The notes: generated by a model not told the origin, from the sequence alone. Positions 54,081 to 63,561 are shown, counted from the first letter of the stretch. The stretch: DNA of 64,000 nt from Clostridia bacterium (GCA_030637025.1 DAOVVV010000002.1:1-64000), one strand, 5' to 3'. A program made the numbers and translations.

Positions 54081-54152
54081 AGCGGGAGACGGGGATCGAA
54101 CCCGCGATATCAAGCTTGGGAAGCTTGCGTTCTACCACTGAACTACTCCCGC
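54081..54152 (-). tRNA. tRNA-Gly(CCC)
   Basis: GCGGGAG acceptor stem, anticodon loop TTCCCAA, GTTCGATCC T-loop; CCA not encoded. Confidence 0.96.
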
Positions 54153-54235
54153 TTATAAATTTTATCCCGTTTTATTTTTATTTTTTTATCATTCCTTTTT
54201 AACCATTATTATCTAACAAAAAACTTCCGTAAATC

Positions 54236-54384
54236 AACTATCCCTCAGCAAGCTACGGAGAATTAAACCAGAACCCCTTCCACTCCCTTCAAGGGAGGTT
54301 ATGCTGAGTAGCGCGAAGTGCTCAGGATCAATTAGACTACAAAGTTTTTGTCAGCAAGCTGAAAAAACTCTAAGTCTCATTGAA
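54236..54384 (+). mobile_element. Modular palindromic element, copy 3
   Basis: Same module order as 52175-52344 with one extra TTATGCTGAGTAG..CGAAGTG unit. Confidence 0.8.
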
Positions 54385-54462
54385 TTTACAAAACCGTCGT
54401 TCACGATTTTTCCCCAATAAAACATTTAACATTTTCTTTCTTTAGTTTTTATATATTATATT

Positions 54463-56118
54463 TTAATCATCACTTTTAAATATAAATTCTTCTTTTAAAG
54501 TGTATACTTGTATGAGATCTTCTTCCGAGAAAAATACTTTTCTAAGAAAAGACTTATCGTTTAAAGCATTATAAGTGTTTTCCCCAATTAAAATTTGATT
54601 TTGATGAGCTAATTTTAATAAATGTCCTGTTAAATCCAAAGCACGACTAAAAGTTTTCCCACCTTCTGCATCCTTACCTCTTATAACCTTTCCGGTATTA
54701 ATTCCCATTCTAATTTGTAAAGAAGTTTTTAATTTACTGATTTTTTGATTAAAAAATTTCAACCGGGTTAAAATCGCCCTTCCTGCAAATATTGCCCTAT
54801 CCGCTTTTTCAAAAGAATAAATAACACCATCTCCACTGCGATTTAATAATTTAGCACCAAAAGCAGACACAACCTTATCTATAAATTGATGAAAGTGTTC
54901 AAAAGAAAATTGGACAGCATCTTCAGCTTCGTCCTGTTTAAGTTTCGATGATTTGAATATATCAATACCTAAAAATGATTGATCAACAGAAAATTCATTA
55001 TTGATATATTCATTTAGACGAACAGACAATTGCACCGCCTCTTCCAAGTTTAATTTCTCCAAATCTAAACTATCTACTAAAAACTTTTCGTTGTAATTTT
55101 GCTGCACTTCATTCGGCGAAAGAGTGGAAACCGATTTACCGGAAGAATCACTTAAAGGAGTATTTAAAGAAAGTGCTTTTTGAAACATCTTATCTTCCTC
55201 TTTCTTTTTTTGATTATATTTATTCACAACTTTTTTATATAAACCCAAAATACTGTAATTCTTTAATAAGCCCAAACTACAAATCACTATATAAATAACA
55301 GTCAGCGAAAAATAAATACTGCTTAAGGGATATTCTAATTTCTCCGGATTGAGTAAAAAAATTAAAAAATAAAGAAAAAACATTAAAATCAATCCAATCA
55401 AATATCCCACAACAAAATAAATCTGTTTCTTTAATCTTTGAAAATACTTTATCAAATAAGCAATTGCTCCCCAAAATGCCATTTGCAAAATCAAAGTAGA
55501 ATTATTCAAAAAAACTTTTCCGATATTCAATAAAATAATTTTCAATCTAATCAAATTAATAAACGGATAAAATTTATCTGCCACCCAACTCAAATCATAA
55601 AAAAGAGCAGGATATGAGACTAAACTATAAAAAGAAAAATCGGGTAAATCAACTAAAATATAACCAATAGATCCTTCTAAACTTATAATCTTTATTATGC
55701 TATAAAATAAATAACTCAAAATGACTATTAAAACATTTTCTCTCCCTAACAATAATGGAGCCAAAGGAACAATAATAAACTCAAGAGGAATAAAAAAACC
55801 TAAGGCATTATGAATGCTAAGAAGAGGCATACTAAAAATTAAAAAATAAATTTCAAAAAATCTATACGACTGATAAAATATAAGGACAAAACTCAAAGCA
55901 AAAATAAAATATAAAATTGCCAACTCACTAGAATGATAGAATATAGGAAAAGCCAACAAAAACATACTAATAATTATAGCCAAACGCGCTGATTTAAAAA
56001 ATAAAATCACTATTAAAACAGTAAGAGTCAATACCCATTCAAGTGGAAAATATGAAACAGTTTGTAGTCCAAAAGAAACCATCAATCCTAAAATTAAACT
56101 TTTTATGATTTTATTCAT
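54463..56118 (-). CDS. Polytopic membrane protein with C-terminal non-canonical class III nucleotide cyclase domain
   Basis: About 280 aa hydrophobic N-terminus; GIDIFKSS, SGDG, IRMGINTG, ILIGENTY cyclase motifs. Confidence 0.8.
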   Translation of the reverse strand: MNKIIKSLILGLMVSFGLQTVSYFPLEWVLTLTVLIVILFFKSARLAIIISMFLLAFPIFYHSSELAILYFIFALSFVLIFYQSYRFFEIYFLIFSMPLLSIHNALGFFIPLEFIIVPLAPLLLGRENVLIVILSYLFYSIIKIISLEGSIGYILVDLPDFSFYSLVSYPALFYDLSWVADKFYPFINLIRLKIILLNIGKVFLNNSTLILQMAFWGAIAYLIKYFQRLKKQIYFVVGYLIGLILMFFLYFLIFLLNPEKLEYPLSSIYFSLTVIYIVICSLGLLKNYSILGLYKKVVNKYNQKKKEEDKMFQKALSLNTPLSDSSGKSVSTLSPNEVQQNYNEKFLVDSLDLEKLNLEEAVQLSVRLNEYINNEFSVDQSFLGIDIFKSSKLKQDEAEDAVQFSFEHFHQFIDKVVSAFGAKLLNRSGDGVIYSFEKADRAIFAGRAILTRLKFFNQKISKLKTSLQIRMGINTGKVIRGKDAEGGKTFSRALDLTGHLLKLAHQNQILIGENTYNALNDKSFLRKVFFSEEDLIQVYTLKEEFIFKSDD

Positions 56119-56206
56119 AAATTCCCCTAAATATTTAGCAACAATGAAATTTAATTATCTTTATATCAAAATAATACTTTTCTCCATAAAAAATACCTCT
56201 TATAAA

Positions 56207-56235
56207 AGTTTACACTCACTTTTATTTTTTGTCAA
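56207..56235 (-). promoter_or_regulatory. Putative sigma70 promoter of the cyclase gene
   Basis: TTGACA-17 nt-TAAACT. Confidence 0.55.
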
Positions 56236-56260
56236 GGTAAAAAGTAATTAACACTTTTCA

Positions 56261-56797
56261 TTAATAAAAACGGCTAATTTCGTTTAATAACTTTCTTTTT
56301 TTATTATGAAGTTGTGCAATTTGGGGATATCCCATACTAATTATAATATCAACTTTATTTCTCCCCGGTATCCCTAAAACTTTTTTTACTTCTTTTTCAT
56401 TAAACCACCCCAACCAACATGTCCCTAATCCTTCCTCCGTTGCCTGTAATATAAAATGCTCACAAGCTATCCCAATATCAATTAAGCTATATTGCGTCCC
56501 TTTAAAATAACCGGCTAAGCATGCCGTATATTTAGACCTCTGAGTAACAACAACAATATATATAGGTGCTTTTTTTGCAAATGAATTTAAAGAATAAATA
56601 CCCGAAAATGCTTTTTCTGCAAGCTTATTTCTGATTTTTTCATCATCAACTACAATAAATGACCACGGCTGGGAATTACAAGCCGAAGGAGCAAGTCTTG
56701 CCGCTTCCAAACATTTATTTAAAACATCCCTGGGCACCATTTCAGGCAAATATTTCCGGACACTTTGCCTTTTCCTTACCAATTCAATAAATTTCAT
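56261..56797 (-). CDS. Nitroreductase family protein
   Basis: RQSVRKY, APSACNSQPW, GLGTCWLG. Confidence 0.92.
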   Translation of the reverse strand: MKFIELVRKRQSVRKYLPEMVPRDVLNKCLEAARLAPSACNSQPWSFIVVDDEKIRNKLAEKAFSGIYSLNSFAKKAPIYIVVVTQRSKYTACLAGYFKGTQYSLIDIGIACEHFILQATEEGLGTCWLGWFNEKEVKKVLGIPGRNKVDIIISMGYPQIAQLHNKKRKLLNEISRFY

Positions 56798-57327
56798 TTT
56801 ATCTGTTTTTCAACCTTCATTTTTTCGTTTTTATTTTTTTCTTCTAATTTTACAGCAAGACCTCTTATCGTTACAGAAGGAATCAGAGTTCCAATCGTTG
56901 AAATCTGTTCTACAAAGGTCGCAGGGGAAATTGTATATTTATATTCTACATTTATTATGCCGTCCGCACTTAATTCTTTTGCCTTTTCTATTAGTAACAA
57001 GTTAATTCCTTCATTTAAATCTGTCGTTACCAAAGGAATAAACCACAACAATTTTAATCCATATTTTTTTATATGAATAAAACCTAACGGGACATAAGAA
57101 GCAGAAATATCTCCTGAAGTAACAAAAATTTCTTTTTCGGAAGGTAATTTAGCTACCTGAATATTTCTGAAAAGAAAACTGCACCCGAAAAGAAAAGAAA
57201 CAAAAACAAAAAACTTTTTTAATTTTTTTATCCTCTTTTCAATGAGACTTAGAGTTTTCTCAGCTCGCTGACAAAAATTATATAGTCGAATAGATCCTGA
57301 GCACTTCGTTCTACTCAGCATAAACAC
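56794..57327 (-). CDS. Hypothetical lipoprotein (YbjQ/heavy-metal-binding-like); start uncertain
   Basis: KKFFVFVSFLFGC signal-like segment, KAKELSADGIINV and GLAVK motifs; first about 30 codons derive from repeat copy 4. Confidence 0.55.
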   Translation of the reverse strand: MFMLSRTKCSGSIRLYNFCQRAEKTLSLIEKRIKKLKKFFVFVSFLFGCSFLFRNIQVAKLPSEKEIFVTSGDISASYVPLGFIHIKKYGLKLLWFIPLVTTDLNEGINLLLIEKAKELSADGIINVEYKYTISPATFVEQISTIGTLIPSVTIRGLAVKLEEKNKNEKMKVEKQIK

Positions 57328-57430
57328 TTCACTTTGCTCAACATAAACTCCGTTGTAGGGAGCCGAAGAGGCTCGGTTTTAACTCCCCGCAGTTTGTATG
57401 TGGGATCCCCCACAGCTTGCTACGGGGTTT
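57238..57430 (-). mobile_element. Modular palindromic element, copy 4 (inverted)
   Basis: Reverse complement of 57238-57323 matches 54299-54384 at 77/86; carries two internal 23-bp units. Confidence 0.85.
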
Positions 57431-57515
57431 CTTAAAAAAACTCTTTTTAAAATAAACCCTTAATTAACGTAGATTATACAAGTTTTAATTAAAAAAATCA
57501 ATGAATTCTACGAAA

Positions 57516-57571
57516 GAAAATTAACCCAGATTCGTTTACTTTTATGTAAAACAAATCTGGGCTTAATTTTC
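57516..57571. terminator. Long imperfect hairpin downstream of the LRR gene
   Basis: GAAAATTAACCCAGATTCGTTT...AAACAAATCTGGGCTTAATTTTC. Confidence 0.5.
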
Positions 57572-57605
57572 ATGGTATTTTTTTTAACCTAAAACCGGCC
57601 GGTTT

Positions 57606-59591
57606 TTATTTCTCCCCAAATACACTTTGAGTAATTATAACATCACATTGAGGACAGATTAATTTAAATGACTTATTAATCCAAACCACTGTTTCTTCTG
57701 TAGGATTATTAGCATACAGATAAAAACGTTTCAAATTAATTATTTTAGCAATTTCCTCTGGTATTGTCTGTAGCCGGTTTCCTACTAAATTCAATTCTTT
57801 TAAATTAGTTAAATTACCAATCTGTAACGGAATTTCCGTTAATTGATTAAATGATAAATCTAATTTTGTTAAATTTTTCAAATTCCCAATTTCAGCAGAA
57901 ACAGTTATTAATTTATTGCCTGATAAATTTAATTCACTTAAGTTTGGTAAGCTACAGACACTTACGGGAAATTTTACTAAATCATCATTAGCAAACAACT
58001 CCAATATAGTTAAATCCAACAAGTTATTGATTTCTTCCGGAATTTCCGTTAAATAATTAAGTGATAAATTTAAATATTTTAAATTAGTTAAGTTGCAAAT
58101 TTGCGGCGAAACTTTTGTCAATTTATTAAGCGATAAATTTAACCATTCTAAATTTGATATTTTTCCGATTCCTTGAGGAATTTCCTCCAACCGGTTAAAA
58201 GATAAATCTAACTTTTTTAAACTACTTAGCTTATCAATATCTTCAGGAATTGTATTTATTCGATTAAAAGATAAATCTAATTCTTTCAAATTAGTTAACT
58301 TAATAATTTCGCGGGGAATAGTCATTAATCCGTTATTATGCAAATTTAATTCCTCTAAATTACTTAAAAGCGTAATCTCCTCAGGAATATCAACTAATTG
58401 ATTATATTGTAAATAAACCCTTCTTAAGTTAACTAACCGGCTAAGTTCTTTGGGAATGCTGGTTAAACGGTTACTAAACAAATGTAACTCTCTTAGATTA
58501 GATAAATTACTAATTTCCTTAGGAACTCCGGTTAACCTGTTTTCTGATAAATATAGCGATTTTAAATTAACCAAATTACCAATTTCCTCAGGAACTGTCT
58601 TTATTCGATTAATGGATAAATTTAAAAATTCCAAATTAGTTAACTTATCAATATCTTCAGGAATTACAGCCACTTTGTTATTAGACAAGTTCAATTGTTT
58701 CAAATTATTCAAACTACTAACCCGGACAGGTATTTTTCTTATTTTGTTATTAGCTAAACTTAGAGTTTTTAAATTAGTTAAATTATCTAATTCCGCGGGA
58801 AAGCCTTTTAGTCTATTATTGTTTAAATTTAACCACTTTAAATTACTTAGCAAACTTAATTCCCCTGAAATCTTTTTTATTTTATTATTATCTAAATTTA
58901 ACCATTCTAAATTAGTAAGTCTACTAAATTCTCCCGGAATTTCTTTTAGTTCGTTACTATGTAAATTTAACCATTTCAAATTAGTTAAATTATCAATTTG
59001 TGCAGAAATTTCCTCTATTTTATTAGAAGACAAATCCAGCGCTGTTAAATTAGTCAAATTTATAATTTCTCCGGGAAATTTTTTTAGTTTATTCCCTGAT
59101 AAATTTAATCGCTTTAACCCGGTCAAGTTTCTAATTTCTTCAGGAATGCTGGTTAAATTATTCTCCGATAAATCTAATTCCGACAAATTATCCAGTTTAA
59201 ATATTTCCGGAGGAAATTCTGTTAACTTTTTACCACGCAAACTAAATTTCCTCAAACCAACATCAGGAATAACTTTCGAAGAAATCTTCGATTCTGTTTT
59301 ATTCTCGGTTTTCGTTATTATTTTTTTACCCAATAGAGACGATATTTTCTTCGTCAAAGAAAGCTCCTCTTTACCATAATCTTTTTGGGGACGGCTTTGA
59401 GAACGGCTTACTATTCTTTCAAGTCGTTTTTCAAGTTCTACATCAGCAGATGAAATCTGATTTTCTATTTCAACCATGTTTTTGTTCGTCTTTTCTTTCT
59501 CATCTACTACTTCTTTTTCCTTTTTTGCACAACCTACTAAAATAATTCCTAAAACAATAATAAATCCGATATTTATTATTTTTTTCACCAT
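57606..59591 (-). CDS. Leucine-rich-repeat lipoprotein (about 22 x 23-aa LRR)
   Basis: LVGC lipobox; LxxLxLxxNxLxxIPxEIxxLxx repeats; CPQC-containing C-cap. Confidence 0.93.
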   Translation of the reverse strand: MVKKIINIGFIIVLGIILVGCAKKEKEVVDEKEKTNKNMVEIENQISSADVELEKRLERIVSRSQSRPQKDYGKEELSLTKKISSLLGKKIITKTENKTESKISSKVIPDVGLRKFSLRGKKLTEFPPEIFKLDNLSELDLSENNLTSIPEEIRNLTGLKRLNLSGNKLKKFPGEIINLTNLTALDLSSNKIEEISAQIDNLTNLKWLNLHSNELKEIPGEFSRLTNLEWLNLDNNKIKKISGELSLLSNLKWLNLNNNRLKGFPAELDNLTNLKTLSLANNKIRKIPVRVSSLNNLKQLNLSNNKVAVIPEDIDKLTNLEFLNLSINRIKTVPEEIGNLVNLKSLYLSENRLTGVPKEISNLSNLRELHLFSNRLTSIPKELSRLVNLRRVYLQYNQLVDIPEEITLLSNLEELNLHNNGLMTIPREIIKLTNLKELDLSFNRINTIPEDIDKLSSLKKLDLSFNRLEEIPQGIGKISNLEWLNLSLNKLTKVSPQICNLTNLKYLNLSLNYLTEIPEEINNLLDLTILELFANDDLVKFPVSVCSLPNLSELNLSGNKLITVSAEIGNLKNLTKLDLSFNQLTEIPLQIGNLTNLKELNLVGNRLQTIPEEIAKIINLKRFYLYANNPTEETVVWINKSFKLICPQCDVIITQSVFGEK

Positions 59592-59652
59592 AACTAAAAC
59601 CCTCCTTATTAAAACTTCATAAATATTGCTTAATTAATACTTAAATATTGTT

Positions 59653-59675
59653 TAGTATTGTTTAAAACAATACTA
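59653..59675. promoter_or_regulatory. Perfect 11-1-11 palindrome upstream of the LRR gene (candidate operator)
   Basis: TAGTATTGTTT-A-AAACAATACTA. Confidence 0.5.
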
Positions 59676-59747
59676 TATTTTCCATTTTAAAACAAGTCTT
59701 TTTTTTTAAAAAATAGTAGGATAGCAGAAGAGATTAATCCTTTCAAC

Positions 59748-60464
59748 TCAATACGCAGCAAATAATCTTTCTATTTGTTTCGGCATTTTTTGACTTATGG
59801 CAAAGGTCACAAAATTAACAAAACAATCAAGAACAATAAGTGCATTAATACTTGCGTCTTCCCTTTGAACTGCAGAAATCCTTTTACAAAAACTTTTATT
59901 AACTATTTGAATATCATCATATATATTAACTAGTTTTTTCAATCCCCAATCCGGCACCCTACCTTGTTTAAACAAAAAATATTGAGCAAACAAATACATT
60001 GTTAAGACACGATATCTTGTTTCTTCTTCCGTAGCAAAGGGTAAATGATAACAAATCATCGGCTTTAATTTTTCCATAATAGGACAGCCGGTGGTAACCA
60101 TATATATGCCCATTAAAGAACTTAACCCTTTCTGCAAAGTTGTATATTTCATATATTTTCTTGCTTCAGTCGAAATTATTACCTTTACTTTGTCATAAGA
60201 CATCCAGGAAGAAAAAGAATTAATTATATCAACAAGACTTAGTGCTATCGGACAAAACTTATGCTCTTTCTCATTTAAAGAACAATTGGGACATTTAAAA
60301 AAATTTAACTTCGCCCATTCAGAATATATTTTACTTTCTTTTCGCTGTATTAAACTTAAATTTTTTCTATCAAGAATAATTTTAAATTCCTTTTCTACCC
60401 CATTATCAAATATAAACTTATAGCAATAAGTAAGTATCCTCTGTTCCTTGTCTATGTTATCCAT
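59748..60464 (-). CDS. DUF6901-like protein
   Basis: WAKL...CPNC...CP, GLSSLMG...TGCP, HLPFA, DASINAL; family assignment from recall. Confidence 0.7.
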   Translation of the reverse strand: MDNIDKEQRILTYCYKFIFDNGVEKEFKIILDRKNLSLIQRKESKIYSEWAKLNFFKCPNCSLNEKEHKFCPIALSLVDIINSFSSWMSYDKVKVIISTEARKYMKYTTLQKGLSSLMGIYMVTTGCPIMEKLKPMICYHLPFATEEETRYRVLTMYLFAQYFLFKQGRVPDWGLKKLVNIYDDIQIVNKSFCKRISAVQREDASINALIVLDCFVNFVTFAISQKMPKQIERLFAAY

Positions 60465-60764
60465 TTATTATACTATCCCTTTGAACATTAATAAATCTAT
60501 TATTATCAACAAATAAATTCTACTATAATCTCTTCTTTCTTGTCAATAATAAATAAGTTCATCTAAATAAAAAATTAATCTTCCTTTGTTCTATTATGTT
60601 AAATATTTTAAATACGCCCTAAAAAAATAATGTACTAACGACACTAATATGACACTTATTATTACCTCAACTACTATCTCCGGAAAAAACCGGTAACTGC
60701 AATTAACTAGAGCAGTACCTGAAACAAAAGGATGTTTTTTTCCCATCAAGCTGATTCTTGCCTA

Positions 60765-62678
60765 TTATCTCCACAACTGTTTATAAACAAAATATGCCTG
60801 TCTCAAATCACGCAGAAACGGACTACTTTTTCCATTTCCCTGCCCAACAATACCTAACCATTCTTCCTGACTCCAGCCATCCGGAAAAGCCATCTCACAA
60901 GTTGGTTCATTATTCTGTATATTTAATGGATCTCCACGGGTATCTTTCCACCACTCATCCAACCATTCAAAAACTATCCCTCCAATTGCATTTCCTTCAC
61001 CCTGTTTTCCCACTGAATTATATAAAATATCCTTCCAGCAATTATGATGATATTTTGCTTGTGCATCTTCATCCATTCCCTTTCCTGTAGCATACGCATC
61101 ACATCCGAATTCGGTAATAAGTATTGGGCGATTAATTAATTTACGAGCCTTAATCCATAACAACCCAAATCCACCAGCCCCGGAATATTCATTTACTCCT
61201 ATAAAATCAAGCTCCGGAGCATAAACTGCATAGGTTTCAATAAGTCCTAAACCAACATTTCCTACACCCACAATATGTTCAGGGTCCAGTTCGTGAATCA
61301 TTTTTGCCGTTTTATTAAGAAATTTTGCATAAATTTTAGGTTGTAAAGAAGCTCTGGTTCTGCTTGCATTTACTCCCGTACAATCAAAAGACATATTGTT
61401 TTCATTACCCAGAATATATCCCAATAGCCACGGTTCATCTCTGTATTCCAACACAGTTTGACGCACGGCATCTTCCATCTTTTCACACTGTCTGAAATCA
61501 CTATAATCCGTTCCGTCCTCCCAATCTGCCCCGGAATAAATGGTATAAGCTCCAAACGGATTACAAAGGAATACCCCTATACCATAAGTATTATACATGT
61601 CACAAAGTAGTTTTTTATTTAAAAGAGTATTATCAAAAAGACGAATTGTATTACATCCCATTTCTTTAAGTAATTTAAAATCACCAATAATTTTTTCATT
61701 CTTATCTTTTTTATTATTACGATTTTTATCTACCCATGTTTCATATGCCGTATCGATTAAACCATTATTGTTTTCATCTGCTTTCATCCAATTCCATCGA
61801 TAATCTTTACCGGTTTTGGTTGGACTATACTGCACTCCGCGTACCAAAAATGGTTTTCCTTTAACCTGCAATTCCCAATGTCCATTTTCGTATTGAACAC
61901 AGCTTACTTTTCCACCCCGGCGTTGTATTATTTTAAGTTTATTAATATCAAAGCACCCTTCCTTATTTTTGCCTGTGGGATAAGGAATTAACCGTCCAGG
62001 GGTTACTGCTACACGGGTTTTGTGGGGATCCCCATCAGCAGACTTCTTTATTTTAACATAAGCATCTACCAGTTTAATTTTAAGTTTGGGATGCTTCCGG
62101 GTTAAATTAATAATTGCACTCCAGGAAGCAGGAGCAATAAACCATGCCCAAAAACCTTCACGATTCCAACACTTTGAACGGGGAAAAAAAATCATTGCCG
62201 CCCGATAGGCTTTAATGGCATGATGGTAAAGGCCTGCATTTTCTAACGCCTTTGCTGTAAAAAACAACTTCACCCCCGGATCTTCATTTGCTGTTGCCCA
62301 AACAAAAAAATCGGCAGCTGGGTCCGATGTGTCAACATGATCCCACTGTCCACCTTTAAGTCTCCCTTCTTTTCTTAGTTTTCTATATAATTTATTCTTT
62401 GTCACAGATTCTAAATTGGGGAAAATACCTTCACCCACAGCTCTAGCCAAGCCTTTTTCGTCCCTTACTACAAATTTATAATCGCAAGTCCCTACATTTT
62501 TGAATTCACCATATCTTTCATATTGTACAATTTTTTCTGTCCCGCATTCAGCAAGCTTAAAAAACGGCTTTTTTTGTCCTTTAGCTCCTTCACATTGTTT
62601 ATGAAAACAGTTATTCATAGAACAAAACCAGACAATTAACAATAAAAATTTTAATAATTTAATTTCAAATTTATCCAT
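60765..62678 (-). CDS. Secreted TPR + clan GH-A (GH2-like TIM barrel) glycoside hydrolase
   Basis: MGCNTIR, LGNE acid/base, ITEFGCD nucleophile, FEWLDEWWK; N-terminal TPR-like helix pair. Confidence 0.8.
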   Translation of the reverse strand: MDKFEIKLLKFLLLIVWFCSMNNCFHKQCEGAKGQKKPFFKLAECGTEKIVQYERYGEFKNVGTCDYKFVVRDEKGLARAVGEGIFPNLESVTKNKLYRKLRKEGRLKGGQWDHVDTSDPAADFFVWATANEDPGVKLFFTAKALENAGLYHHAIKAYRAAMIFFPRSKCWNREGFWAWFIAPASWSAIINLTRKHPKLKIKLVDAYVKIKKSADGDPHKTRVAVTPGRLIPYPTGKNKEGCFDINKLKIIQRRGGKVSCVQYENGHWELQVKGKPFLVRGVQYSPTKTGKDYRWNWMKADENNNGLIDTAYETWVDKNRNNKKDKNEKIIGDFKLLKEMGCNTIRLFDNTLLNKKLLCDMYNTYGIGVFLCNPFGAYTIYSGADWEDGTDYSDFRQCEKMEDAVRQTVLEYRDEPWLLGYILGNENNMSFDCTGVNASRTRASLQPKIYAKFLNKTAKMIHELDPEHIVGVGNVGLGLIETYAVYAPELDFIGVNEYSGAGGFGLLWIKARKLINRPILITEFGCDAYATGKGMDEDAQAKYHHNCWKDILYNSVGKQGEGNAIGGIVFEWLDEWWKDTRGDPLNIQNNEPTCEMAFPDGWSQEEWLGIVGQGNGKSSPFLRDLRQAYFVYKQLWR

Positions 62679-62757
62679 TATTTAAACCGCCTTTTTGATA
62701 AGAAAGACATTGACACTATCAATGCATAGCTCTTCACGAATGATGCACTCCACACCT

Positions 62758-63561
62758 TTATTTATGTTCATGACTTTCAAGATGTTCCAGGCAATATTCT
62801 TTCCCATCAGAACAGATATTACATACACGAAATTCAAGATTAGAATCGTCATTTTCCGTCTTTCCACAAATAAAACATTTATGTAAAGATTCTTTTTCTA
62901 ATTGGGAAAAAAGCGATAATGCTTTTCGTTTACGATGCATTAATTTTATATTTCCGATAATTTCGCCTCCAAAAAAAAGAAGGTAATTTAAAATAGCTGT
63001 TACTATCACCAGTTTTGTAGTTAAAGAACCAAAAAGAATATTGAACATAATAATCAACCAACTTATTATTGCTAAATATTTCACTTTAATCGGAATAATG
63101 AAAAACAAATAAACAATAAAGTCAGGATATAAAGTAGCAAAAGCAAGAAATAAGGATATATTAAGAAATATATTGGTAATATGGATAGAGGGAAAACAAA
63201 AACCAATCAGGGTAGTACTTATCATTCCGATTAAATAATATAAGTTAAAACGAAAACTTCCCCATTCTGTCTCCAGTGCCGTTCCTACAAAATAAAGAAA
63301 ATAAAGCATAAAAAATATAAATAGAAAATGTGTAGACGGTGGAATAAAAAGATAAGTAAAAACGCGCCAAACCTGTCCCTTAAAAACTTTTCTTACATTC
63401 AATGTCAATAAATTTATATAACCCGGGTTAAAATAATTCAAAATATAAACAAAAGCATTGAAACTTACTATGTACATCGTAAGGTCTCTAATTGCAAACT
63501 GTCCATAACGCCGCTGAAGTCTATTAAGCAATTTCTCAAACCAATACTCAATTCGGACCAT
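62758..63561 (-). CDS. Rhomboid-like (Derlin-like) membrane protein with C-terminal zinc finger
   Basis: GQVWRVFTYLF WR motif, no GxS catalytic motif, C..C...C..C...C..H..H tail. Confidence 0.75.
   Translation of the reverse strand: MVRIEYWFEKLLNRLQRRYGQFAIRDLTMYIVSFNAFVYILNYFNPGYINLLTLNVRKVFKGQVWRVFTYLFIPPSTHFLFIFFMLYFLYFVGTALETEWGSFRFNLYYLIGMISTTLIGFCFPSIHITNIFLNISLFLAFATLYPDFIVYLFFIIPIKVKYLAIISWLIIMFNILFGSLTTKLVIVTAILNYLLFFGGEIIGNIKLMHRKRKALSLFSQLEKESLHKCFICGKTENDDSNLEFRVCNICSDGKEYCLEHLESHEHK

Noticed and set aside
52175-57430. Possible CRISPR array
   Set aside because: The repeats are dispersed or nested, with no regular repeat-spacer period and no cas genes.
58450-59379. 309-aa plus-strand ORF
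   Set aside because: Antisense shadow of the LRR gene; its periodicity mirrors the LRR codons.
62682-62886. ORFs 62682-62867 and 62695-62886
   Set aside because: They overlap the zinc-finger end of the Derlin-like gene in other frames and have no support.
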